Of a stretch of DNA of 64,000 nucleotides, positions 1 through 10,334 are shown one piece after another. The stretch is from Strigamia acuminata. Its lineage: Eukaryota. Positions within the stretch are counted from its first letter, which is position 1; each line of letters begins with the position of its first letter. The notes under the pieces are model-generated. The model saw nothing but the letters and a program-made list of their open reading frames with translations. It searched no databases and was not told the DNA's origin. The stretch lies in the NCBI GenBank assembly GCA_949358305.1, contig OX442314.1, forward strand, positions 3,472,001 through 3,536,000, given 5' to 3'. The position numbers were made by a program, and so were the translations under genes.

Positions 1-21
1 GCAGCGAGCGTTGGCAGGCGT

Positions 22-340
22 TGTTAAGATATAATGTATATTGTTAGGCAATCACTTTTTACAACATGTGTATATATATATCTTTGCGTATTATCATGTA
101 GCTAAGTGTTAGTGTATGTGTTTAGCCAACGCGAGTGATCGCAATGTTTGTTTACATACAGTGTCTGTATGCTGCCTACAGGTGGCGCTGATTGCATTGA
201 GGTCATGTGACCAATCAATAAAGATCACTTGATGTTTTGGTTCTCACCTGTTAACATGATGTCTCTTTCTTTCACCTGATGTGTTTTTCCAATCCACTAC
301 ATTTGTCACTATTTGCAGAAGTTTGCAACACTATTCAACA
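22..340 (+). repeat. Copia 5' LTR
   Basis: TGTTAAGA...TTCAACA, direct repeat of 5623-5941; contains AATAAA. Confidence 0.97.
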
Positions 341-341
341 A

Positions 342-352
342 GGTTATGGGCC
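342..352 (+). promoter_or_regulatory. Copia primer binding site (internal fragment of initiator tRNA-Met)
   Basis: GGTTATGGGCC 1 nt after the 5' LTR matches the Drosophila copia-type PBS (GGTTATGGGCCCAG). Confidence 0.85.
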
Positions 353-1123
353 ACAAACAACGTGGGAAAAACAGCTAGAGTGTTTGAAAACATTTCAAAG
401 CAACCACAGGTGAAAAAGTGGGCGTTTTCCTCAAAATCCAAGATGGCGGCGCCCATGAGGAAAGTCAGCAACCTGTGTTCCAGCCAAGAATCTACGGTTT
501 CACAAGCGGTTATTGGTCATCAAGCGATGCAGGAACAATAAAAGGGTTCGAACATTATAGAACATTTATTTAATACGTTTATTTTGGCCATTTTCGGACG
601 ATTTCTCCGAATATCGCGAGGCGCGATACGTAACGTCGACGTGGCGTTAATTTTCGCCGAGAAAACAACTCGACGACAAATACGCAAGGACGACGACGCT
701 CGACAACCACACGGGAAGTGTGAACGAGCAATAAACGAACGGGAATTGCCAAAAACGAGAAAATTCTCGAAGGAACTGAATTTTTCGAGGCGAAAAAGAC
801 GGAAAAACGAGGGAAAATCAACAATACGACGTTTTTTTCTCAACCACACGTGAAGTGTGACTCAAAGCTGTCAGTACGAAACAAGTGGATAGTCTGCAGC
901 AGGAAGCCAACATATATGAACTCTTTATTTCGTTTATTTCGTTTTATTTTCGAATATATTGTTGAATACCATTATTAGCTTAGTGTTGTTACTAGGATAC
1001 ACTAACATAGTATTAAGAGCGAACTAACATCGCAACACTGCACCCAGTTGCGATTACCAGTATTTCAAAGTGTTTTTGAGCAATCTTGTGTGTGTTTTTG
1101 GTGTGTTGGACACTAAATTCACA

Positions 1124-4100
1124 ATGGACACGGAAAAACTCGACCGGAAGATTACACTTTTGAATAGGACGAACTACGATACGTGGAAGCAGCAAATCAA
1201 AGTGCTGTTGATGCACCACGGATGTTGGGCCTTCACCGATGGAACACAAGAAGCCCTGGCACCGGGAGCGTCTTGGCGAGATCGCTCGGACTTTCAACTG
1301 CGAAAGGGGCGAGCTTTCAGCCTAATTTACTACGCCATCGAGGAGCAATACCACGAATTGCTCAGCGGGACCGAGGACGCGAAAACAGCGTGGGATACGC
1401 TGAAAACTAACTTCGAACCGGTCTCGAGGGCGAGAATTATACGTCTGTTGGACGAATTCTTCAATTTAAAATACGATCCAGCGACGGAGACGATCGGGGT
1501 ATTCGCGGCGAAGATACGCAATGCAACAAAGCGATTAGCCGACGTCAAACACGACTTGGACAATTTGTATCAGGCATTCCAGCTCATCCGATACCTGCCA
1601 CAAGAATACCAGTCAATTGTGCAGAGTATTTATCGATGGGACGATAAGGATTTCACACTGGAAAAGGTTGAAGCGGAATTGGTCGCCGAGGAGGGCAGAC
1701 TCGCGCAACAACGCAGAGATTCGGGCCAAGCGCCAATTACGGACGCTTTCAACATGGGAACAAGCACAAAGAGCAATGATAATTCGTCTAAATCCCAACA
1801 ACAGCAAGGGAATAGCAGCCAAAACAACCGAGGCGGACAAAGGGGCGGCAAATCGAATTATCGAGGCGGCAAAAATTCGCGGAATTTCCGAGGAAATGCG
1901 ACCGGATCATCACCACGGGGGCCGTGTTTCCGGTGCAATCAACCAGGGCACTGGGCAAGGGATTGCACAGCACAATTACCGTCGAATAACAGCCAGAACA
2001 CAAATACAGCGGAAGAATTGGACACAAACATGTTCGATGTCGGTTTTCTCACCGAGTTGAGCGAGGAAGAGATGTTACAGTGCAGCGCAGCCAACAACTG
2101 TTGGATCTACGACACTGGGGCCACTGGACATTTTTGTAAAGATAGGAACCAGTTCTTCAACTTCAAGGAAACCACAGGGACAATAAGTCAAGCGGATAAG
2201 AAGACTTTAATTCAGATTCAAGGCGTCGGGGACGTTTGCGTGATGTGTTTGGTTGGAAGTGAGACAATTCCAATCACATTGAAGAAAGTTTATTATGCGC
2301 CGGACATGCGACGAAATTTGTTGTCGGGACCGTGCATCGACGAAGCACGATGCAAAGTCGCCGTTGGCTCGGGCTTGGTGAAGATATACGATCCTCAGTG
2401 GAAGAGACAGCTGATGGAAGGCGTGAAGAAGGATCGTTTGTACTACATCAAGCTAAGCGACCAGAAGCCGGACTTTGAGAAATTACGACAAAAAGCGAAT
2501 AGCAAAGCGAACGTTGGCGAACAGAAGAAACAAGAGCCAACTATTTCAACACAAAGTACAACGAAGAGTGCATCTAATCCTGAGGAAGCAAGACTTTGGC
2601 ATGAGCGGCTCGGCCATATCTATTTTCCAAGCGTCCAAGCAATGAGCAAAGGAGGTGCAGTAATTGGGTTGCCAGTTCTGGACGTGCCAATTACACAATG
2701 CGACGTTTGCACATTAGCCAAGAAGAAGGCGATTCCTCATAAGTCGTTGCCAGGGATTAGATCGACAGAGCCACTCCAATTGCTACACATGGATGTATGT
2801 GGAGCATTTAGTACACCAACACTCTCGGGAAACATATACTTCTTAACTATCACGGATGACTTCTCTCGTTATTCGACAGTGTACTTAATGAAGAAGAAGG
2901 ACGAAGTATTTGACATTTTCCAAAAACACGTGAAACGAATAGAACGATTGCTTGGGAAATCGGTTCTCGCAATTCGTACGGATAACGGTATGGAGTTCTG
3001 CTCAAACAAGTTTGGAGAGTATCTCCAAGGTCTAGGAATCGCTCACGAGAGGACTAACGCGTACACTCCAGTCCAAAATGGCGTTTCCGAGAGACTTAAC
3101 CAGACATTAGCAAATGGAATGCGAGCGCTTGTGTACGATGCCGGCTTGGAACATCGATTCTGGGGAGAGGCCATCCTGACTTTCAACTATCTCAGGAACA
3201 GGATCGCAAAGCTGAATTCGGACAAGACGCCGATGGAATTGTATTACGGACGGAAACCATCACTTAGACATTTGAGAAAATTCGGGAGTTTATGCTTTGT
3301 GCAGAAAAGAATTCGAGATGGCAAAATCGACAACAAGAGTCTGCATGGCATTATGCTCGGGTATTCAAGAATCACGAAAGGATATAGAGTATGGCTGCCG
3401 GAGTTTTCCAAAGTAATTGAAACCAGCGACGTGAAGTTCGTGGAGAGCAGGCGCGGTGTTGAAGGCGTGCTGGGCCTACCAGAAAAGTACACGACCTACA
3501 TCGATAATTTGGACGATAATATGGACAATGACAGTGATCGCCAATATTATTCGGATGAAGATGTCAGGCCACCGCTACCCCCGCCAGTTCCAGTTAAGAA
3601 GAAGGAAGATCCACAACTGGAATTGCCTCCAGTTAAATTGAAATTTAGACTGCCAGATGACAAGTTGCATCATAATTTGCCAGAAGTGAAGTTGCTGGGC
3701 ACTTCGCCACAACCCGGACAAGGACTTTTGAATCCAGTTCCAACCATTCCAGCATTAGTTTGGAAGAAAACGGAGAAAGTCAGACCAACTGGACAGAGAG
3801 ATATCGAGTACACGATCGAGGGCTACGACAAGCCCAAGTTACGCTCGATACCCGACGTGAAGCGTTACTGTACTGATCACAATCTTCGCGTACCAGAGCA
3901 TCTGTTTGAGGACAAAAGAAAGAAAAAGCCCTCAGAATCAAACACGACGACAGATAGTCTTGACGTGGACTTTGACGATATCAATATCAACTTCGAAGCC
4001 AATCATCTAGAGGTCCACGTACCCGTACGTTATGAGGAAATTGCGACTTTACCCGAAAAGGATGAATGGCGCCAAGCGATGAACGATGAAATTGACACCA

Positions 4101-5596
4101 TGCATGAGCGCGAGGTTTGGGAACTTGTTCCACCGCCGCCCAACACTAAGATAGTGGGTTGCAGATGGATATATACGACCAAACAGAACGAAGAGGGAGA
4201 AATTGCACGTTATAAGGCGAGACTTGTCGCGCAAGGGTTTTCCCAAGTCTACGGCGAATCCTATGAGGAGACATTCTCACCCGTGGTAGACTTTTCAATC
4301 GTGCGCTTTATGTTCACGCTACTCGTCTGTATGCTCAAATGGTCATACATTCAGGCAGACGTCAAGTGTGCATACCTTTATGCAAAATTGCATAAAACAG
4401 TCTACATGCGCCAGCCAAAAGGCTTCATCATTGAAGGCAAGGAGAACTATGTCTGCAGGCTCCTCCGAGCCATCTATGGCTTGCACCAGTCTGGAAGAGA
4501 ATGGGGAATAGAACTGGAGGAGACTTTATTGAAATTAGGACTAGAACACGTCAATTGGTGCAATTGCGTTTATAAATACGGAGACATTGCGTATCTAATC
4601 GTCTACGTTGACGATATCGTTGTCTTCGGAAAGCAGTACGAAGATGCGATGAAAATACTCAACATGATTGGAACGCAATTCGATTTAGTGATTCTCGGAC
4701 AAACGAAGAAGTTGCTAGGAGTCGAATTTCACTCGCACAAACAACAATTGGTTCTACATCAAAGATCGTACGTGAACAAAGTGTTGTTGAAGTTCAAAAA
4801 TCACTTGGAACATGTGAAGATTCGATCTCAACCGATGACGAAAGCAACTGTTCTCACGAAACGAGATTGTCCGGACACAATTGATGAATTCAAAGTCATG
4901 GAAGGAATTCCATATAGAAGCTTACTTGGATGTTTAGCATTCATCGCGTCGAGAACAAGGCCCGACATGACTTATGCAGTGAACATCCTGAGCCAATTTC
5001 AATCGAATCCAGGGTGGGACCACTGGATTGCGCTACTGGACTTACTCAGTTATCTGAGAACAACAAGAAACCACGGATTAATGTTGTTCCCGAATGATCG
5101 GATCGAGGTAATCGGATACAGCGACTCCGATTATGCGAACAACAGAGACGACCGAATTTCCGTTGGAGGAACACTAGTGACTTTGGGTAGCACACCCATC
5201 TACTGGCGGACCTTCAAACAACGGAACGTGACACTGTCAACAATGGAGGCGGAGTACGTAGCCCTTACAGAAACTGTTAAGGACTATATTTGGATTGTTC
5301 GTGTTCTGCACGAAATATCCCCAGAATTGGCTGGAAGATTCTCTCATTATGTCATGTGCGACAACATATCAGCAGTGGATTTCACAAAATCTTGTGTCGA
5401 GAACAGAAAAACAAAGCACATTGACATCCGTTACCATTTTATAAGAGAGCTTGTTAAAAGAGATAATCTTCTAATCGTTCACGTAGGCACAAAGTCCAAT
5501 CATGCCGACATTTTTACAAAGTCAGTTGACAAAGCTGACCTGGTGAAGTTTTGCGATCGCTTCTTAGTTGATTTAAGCATTTTGCGGGCTCAATAA
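1124..5596 (+). CDS. Copia gag-pol polyprotein with an MBD-like insertion
   Basis: Uninterrupted ORF (track start 1070, first ATG 1124). Motifs: CCHC knuckle CFRCNQPGHWARDC; protease WIYDTGATGH; pre-integrase WHERLGH..C..C; integrase HMD/RTDNG/SER; RT YKARLVAQG and YVDD; RNase H YSDSDYA, TMEAEY, KHIDIRYHF. Integrase precedes RT, which is the Copia order. Confidence 0.97.
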   Translation: MDTEKLDRKITLLNRTNYDTWKQQIKVLLMHHGCWAFTDGTQEALAPGASWRDRSDFQLRKGRAFSLIYYAIEEQYHELLSGTEDAKTAWDTLKTNFEPVSRARIIRLLDEFFNLKYDPATETIGVFAAKIRNATKRLADVKHDLDNLYQAFQLIRYLPQEYQSIVQSIYRWDDKDFTLEKVEAELVAEEGRLAQQRRDSGQAPITDAFNMGTSTKSNDNSSKSQQQQGNSSQNNRGGQRGGKSNYRGGKNSRNFRGNATGSSPRGPCFRCNQPGHWARDCTAQLPSNNSQNTNTAEELDTNMFDVGFLTELSEEEMLQCSAANNCWIYDTGATGHFCKDRNQFFNFKETTGTISQADKKTLIQIQGVGDVCVMCLVGSETIPITLKKVYYAPDMRRNLLSGPCIDEARCKVAVGSGLVKIYDPQWKRQLMEGVKKDRLYYIKLSDQKPDFEKLRQKANSKANVGEQKKQEPTISTQSTTKSASNPEEARLWHERLGHIYFPSVQAMSKGGAVIGLPVLDVPITQCDVCTLAKKKAIPHKSLPGIRSTEPLQLLHMDVCGAFSTPTLSGNIYFLTITDDFSRYSTVYLMKKKDEVFDIFQKHVKRIERLLGKSVLAIRTDNGMEFCSNKFGEYLQGLGIAHERTNAYTPVQNGVSERLNQTLANGMRALVYDAGLEHRFWGEAILTFNYLRNRIAKLNSDKTPMELYYGRKPSLRHLRKFGSLCFVQKRIRDGKIDNKSLHGIMLGYSRITKGYRVWLPEFSKVIETSDVKFVESRRGVEGVLGLPEKYTTYIDNLDDNMDNDSDRQYYSDEDVRPPLPPPVPVKKKEDPQLELPPVKLKFRLPDDKLHHNLPEVKLLGTSPQPGQGLLNPVPTIPALVWKKTEKVRPTGQRDIEYTIEGYDKPKLRSIPDVKRYCTDHNLRVPEHLFEDKRKKKPSESNTTTDSLDVDFDDININFEANHLEVHVPVRYEEIATLPEKDEWRQAMNDEIDTMHEREVWELVPPPPNTKIVGCRWIYTTKQNEEGEIARYKARLVAQGFSQVYGESYEETFSPVVDFSIVRFMFTLLVCMLKWSYIQADVKCAYLYAKLHKTVYMRQPKGFIIEGKENYVCRLLRAIYGLHQSGREWGIELEETLLKLGLEHVNWCNCVYKYGDIAYLIVYVDDIVVFGKQYEDAMKILNMIGTQFDLVILGQTKKLLGVEFHSHKQQLVLHQRSYVNKVLLKFKNHLEHVKIRSQPMTKATVLTKRDCPDTIDEFKVMEGIPYRSLLGCLAFIASRTRPDMTYAVNILSQFQSNPGWDHWIALLDLLSYLRTTRNHGLMLFPNDRIEVIGYSDSDYANNRDDRISVGGTLVTLGSTPIYWRTFKQRNVTLSTMEAEYVALTETVKDYIWIVRVLHEISPELAGRFSHYVMCDNISAVDFTKSCVENRKTKHIDIRYHFIRELVKRDNLLIVHVGTKSNHADIFTKSVDKADLVKFCDRFLVDLSILRAQ

Positions 5597-5611
5597 GGAA
5601 TGAGATAATAC

Positions 5612-5622
5612 GGGGGGCCGAA
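5612..5622 (+). promoter_or_regulatory. Copia polypurine tract
   Basis: GGGGGGCCGAA immediately upstream of the 3' LTR. Confidence 0.7.
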
Positions 5623-5941
5623 TGTTAAGATATAATGTATATTGTTAGGCAATCACTTTTTACAACATGTGTATATATATATCTTTGCGTATTATCATGT
5701 AGCTAAGTGTTAGTGTATGTGTTTAGCCAACGCGAGTGATCGCAATGTTTGTTTACATACAGTGTCTGTATGCTGCCTACAGGTGGCGCTGATTGCATTG
5801 AGGTCATGTGACCAATCAATAAAGATCACTTGATGTTTTGGTTCTCACCTGTTAACATGATGTCTCTTTCTTTCACCTGATGTGTTTTTCCAATCCACTA
5901 CATTTGTCACTATTTGCAGAAGTTTGCAACACTATTCAACA
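5623..5941 (+). repeat. Copia 3' LTR
   Basis: Direct repeat of 22-340, followed by TSD GGCGT. Confidence 0.97.
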
Positions 5942-8900
5942 GGCGTCACAACAGCGCACTGTCCGCTCGATGTCGGCGTCAATGGCTGGCCACCAAACTG
6001 TAGATCGTGCCAAGGATTTGGTCCTCACAATACCAAAGTGGCCTGCGTGCAACTCAACGAGGATGGACGCACGCAAGTCCGCAGGAACAACTAATCTGTC
6101 GTGGAGAAAAAGAAATTCATTGTAAATCGAAAAAGCATCTCGGTGCTTGTAAAAGTCCCGCAATTCCGGTGTCTTCGATTGCCATCCATTGCGCACACAG
6201 AGGAGCACCTGTTGTAAAGGAGGGTCTGCTGCGTACGCGGATTGCAATGCCGGTTTTGAAGCCGGAAAATCTGAAACTGAGACCGAAAATAATGCGTTAA
6301 TGTCAAAATCACAGTCTTCCGAAGTGTCGACGACAGGTTGCGGATTGCGAGATAAGCCGTCCGCGATCGCGTTGTCCACAGCAGGCAGATGCTCGATTTG
6401 ATAGTCATAAGCGGACAGGAAAATTGCCCACCTGTGCAATCGAGCTGCAACAATTTGGTTGCAACCCTTTTTGTCGCCAAAAATCGATACGAGCGGTTTG
6501 TGGTCTGTTCGCAAAACAAAACGACGACCAAAAAGGTAATGGTGGAACTTTCTGATGCCATAAATGATGGCATAACCTTCCCGCTCGATCTGCGCGTAGT
6601 TACGTTGAGCGGCTGACAACAACGATGAAGCAAATGCTATTGGTCGGTGCTGTCCAGTCTTGTCACGATGCGATAAAAATGCGCCGACGCCGACGGGCGA
6701 AGCGTCCACAGTCAGGAACACTTCTTCTTTCTGGTTGTAATGCACGAGAGCCGAATCGACGAAGACCGACTCACGCACCTTCAGCCACGTCTTCTCGTGG
6801 ACGTCCAACCATTCCCACTTCGTATCATCACGAGTGAGTCGGTACAGCGGTTCAAGCAGAGTCGACAAGTTGCTGATAAAACGGCCGTAGTAATTAACAA
6901 GGCCTATGAAGGATTTAAGTGAAGTCACGTCGGTGGGCCGACCAGCATTGCGCAACGGCGCCAATTTGGACTCGATTGGGGCAATCCCGTGCTTCGAGAT
7001 GCGGAGGCCGAGGAAGTCGACAGAGTCACATAAAAATTTGCACTTGCCTCGATTTAACGTTAAATTCGCTCCGTCGAAGGCGCCGAGTAATGCGTCCAAA
7101 TTCACCAGATGATCCGAGTTCGTTGGGCCCGTAACCGCCGAGTCGTCGATAAAAGGCTGCGTGTTGCCAACGTCCGCTGTCAGGATGTCCATCGTGCGTT
7201 GAAATAATGCAGGAGCGGTTGAAATCCCGTAAAAGAGTCTATTAACCAAAAACAAACCCAAATGAGTGTTTATCGTACATAATTCGGAACTGGCAGCAGT
7301 CAAACGGAGTTGGTTGTACGCGTGGTTCATGTCGAGGGTCGAATACGACTCTCCCCCCGACAAGTTTGCAGCCACGTCGGCAAACAACGGCAACGGATAT
7401 GAACACGGTAGAACCGCCTTATTGACAGTTCGATTGTAACATCCGGCTATTTTTATGAAACCGTCCGCCTTCTTGACGTGCATAATTGGGGTCGCCCAAC
7501 GTGAGGAGGCGACTGGCGTGATGATCCCGAGCGCTTGTAAACGACGGAGTTCCACTTCGAGAGCTGGCTTGACTGCGAGTGGCACCGGGTACCCCTTCAA
7601 AAAAATCGGGTTAAAATTCGGATCGACGTCAATACTCACCGGTGCCACGTTGTAGCAGCCAATTTCGTCCCGAAAAACGTTCCCGTGCTTCTGCAAAATA
7701 GATTCAAGTTTCATTTTATCTTCCTCGCTCGCCGAGCAGTGCGGCGCAGCATCTTTAGCTGCCGCAGCCTTGCGGTTAGCCAATCCACACGCTGGGGCAG
7801 CAACAATCAGCGGAGAAGGCGGCTCGTCGCGCGGCGCAGGCAGCGGTTCCGTGTCGCGAGTTGGAGCGACGGCGGATGTCGAATCTGGTTCTGGATCGGG
7901 TGGATGCTTGGCTCGCTGGCGAATCGCACGTTTGCGAGCTGACTTCGATGGAACTCCCGGCTTGGCTTGGTAAACGACAGCGCGCAGCGCTGCACCAGCG
8001 ACGTCGAGGAGACCGAAAATGTCCATCCAATCGGGGCCTAGCAACGGGACTTGGCCGTGCTCAGCCACACACAACGGTAAGGTGAACGATTTGCCGTCGT
8101 ATTCCACAGGAACAGTGCACACACCCGCCATAGGCAAAGCGTGGCCGTCGTACGATGATAATTCCGTGCCGAGCGATTTAAGCGGAAATTTCGAAAAAAG
8201 CTTGGCATACATCTCGCGACTAACGATTGTCGCTCCCGCTCCGGTGTCGATTTCCATCCAGAGGAGAATGTCAGCGATACGAAGCTCCAGTACCAAAGGT
8301 TTGGTGTGTCGGAGGGCCACTGCGTTCACCGAGTTCGGGGTTTGCAGTTCCTTCGTGGGAACGGCGTAGAACGTCAATTTTCGAGGTGCTGACATCGTCG
8401 TGTGATGAGCGCTCGCAGTCGATTTTGTTGCGCGACAAATGGGCTTAATGTGGCCCTCAACGCCGCAACCGTGGCATTTTGCAGTGCGAAAACGACACTC
8501 ATCCTGGCGATGGCCGGTTCTGCCGCAGTGTTTACACTTTTGTTTTTTGTGCTGTGGCTTCGAGTGGTCCGACTGCTGGTGCTGCTGACCGGAGGTGCCC
8601 CTCGAGGGACGTTTGCCTCCTTTTTGCGAGTTCGCATGTTGACGTGATGAATTTCCCGACTTGTGCAGCTGGTGTACGGACTGTTGCGCATCAACAAAAC
8701 TGGACACGTCGGCTCCGGCGATTTCGGCGGAGGTAGTGGCTTCGAGGGCTATTGCAAAGGTTAAATCTTTCTGCATATATAGCGTCTCTTGAACCTGCCG
8801 CATATTCAAACCGATCACGAACTGGTTCCGCATTTCGTCGTCTTGAGCCGTATCGAAGTCACAATACTTGGTGATTGAGTGAAGAGCGGCTGCAAAGTCG

Positions 8901-9074
8901 CTCACGGACTCGCCTTTGTTGCGCTTACGAGCTCGAAAACGGACGATTTCACCTTGTTTCACCGGTATAGGTTTCTGGTTTTTGATCATTAAGTCTGTGA
9001 GCTGCTTAAACGTTAACTCCGTCGGCTTCTTCGGTCTGGCGAGATCCACAAACTTGGCGAAAGTGGCCATACCC
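5942..9074 (-). pseudogene. Gypsy-1: Ty3/Gypsy gag-pol, interrupted at both ends by nested insertions
   Basis: Two CCHC knuckles, protease EIDTGA, RT (PFIDD), RNase H (VDAS, RTDHKPL) and integrase zinc finger H..H...C..C. With the Copia removed, the frame continues through bases 21-1 (CDACQRSL). The 5' end is cut by an LTR at 9075. Confidence 0.93.
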
Positions 9075-10162
9075 TGCGGCGATCCGGGTTTTTACTTATT
9101 AAATTATGTAAATTCAATAAGCAATCGTCGGTGAGATGCCGTACAGGACTTCTACTCTGTGGCTAAATGGTTGTCTAGGGGAATGATTTTTACACGGAGA
9201 GTAAAAGGAAAAATTAGATTGTTTTAATCGTTCTAAATACACTCGATAAATGCAAAGGGAAAATAATAATAATAATGTAATGACTGGGTCGATCTGGCTT
9301 CTCTTTGTACTTGGACACTCACAGTTGACCGTTGGCTCCAAAATGGCGTCGATGGCGTCGTGTGAGCGCGGGATTTTAGCGGAGTAAACTCAACGCTAAA
9401 ATACGTTGCTAAAATATTCTAAAATCCTCGCGGAGCAAGCTCAACACGAGAATACGTCTTGCACACAGCGATTTGATTATTACGGAGCAAGCTCGACGTA
9501 ACAATCCGTCTTAACACAAATCGCTTTGTGGAGTTAAACTCGACACAAAGCCTTCAAATTGACAGAGCAAGCTCAATGTCAATTCACACACAGAAATGGC
9601 TTAAATTACGCGTAGTAATTCAAGCAGAAGGGCGCTATTCCGTACAGTTGGCACGGACCAGCAATGAATCTCGATTCTTCCAATATCACAGATCACACTT
9701 AGCGAGTTTGGGCATAAGTTTGACACGGTTGTGAAAGGTTTGGAAGCAGGATCAAGAGTGCGGGAAGAGTGGGCCAAAACCGTTTGGCTCACTCCTGAAT
9801 CTGCTCAGAAAAGCTGCGCAGATGACGAGTTGCACAAAGATCACACACGGCCGCCTTCGGGTCGTGTGCAACAATTGAGCCGGGCACGCGCGAGGGGAAG
9901 GGATGCTCCGCCCAGGCACACGCCTAGCAGCATCATCAAAGCAATGCACGCAGCAGCGCGATTGGTTGACGCTGTTGCTGGGCCAAAACTTGCTGCAAAA
10001 CACAATATTATTTGGGTAATATTGTGTCTTGTTTTATATTTTATTAATGTATGTTTTATTTCAATTTACATTGAAACAAAACATATAAGCTTGTTGAATA
10101 TGTTTATAAGACAATTTGGAAATATGGTGCGCACTCAAATAGGAATATTTGAGGTCACCACA
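9075..10162 (-). repeat. Gypsy-2 3' LTR (~1088 bp)
   Basis: On the minus strand it starts TGTGGTGACC directly after the PPT and ends GGATCGCCGCA (imperfect terminal inverted repeat), exactly where Gypsy-1 gag resumes. Confidence 0.8.
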
Positions 10163-10176
10163 CTTCCCCCCCTTTT
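10163..10176 (-). promoter_or_regulatory. Gypsy-2 polypurine tract
   Basis: Minus-strand AAAAGGGGGGGAAG abutting the TG of the LTR. Confidence 0.8.
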
Positions 10177-10334
10177 AAGAAAGAATCTTATTCTTTTCCA
10201 AAAAGAGACAGGTAAGTATAGGAATAAATACACAAGGTTTCAAAGTAAAAATGGAACAGGATATTTATTCTTTTTTATTACAGTTAAAAAAAAATAAAAA
10301 AGGAATTATTTTAATGAATGGGCATGTTCCCTAA

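Larger units (their letters stand above)
22..5941 (+). mobile_element. Full-length Ty1/Copia LTR retrotransposon (CopiaMBD-like)
   Basis: 319-bp LTRs at 22-340 and 5623-5941 (TG...CA), identical by eye. 5-bp TSD GGCGT at 17-21 and 5942-5946. PBS and PPT present. Single gag-PR-IN-RT-RH ORF. Confidence 0.97.

Noticed and set aside
281..853. Short ORFs in the Copia LTR and leader
   Set aside because: No recognisable motifs; non-ATG starts or overlap with the LTR; treated as chance ORFs.
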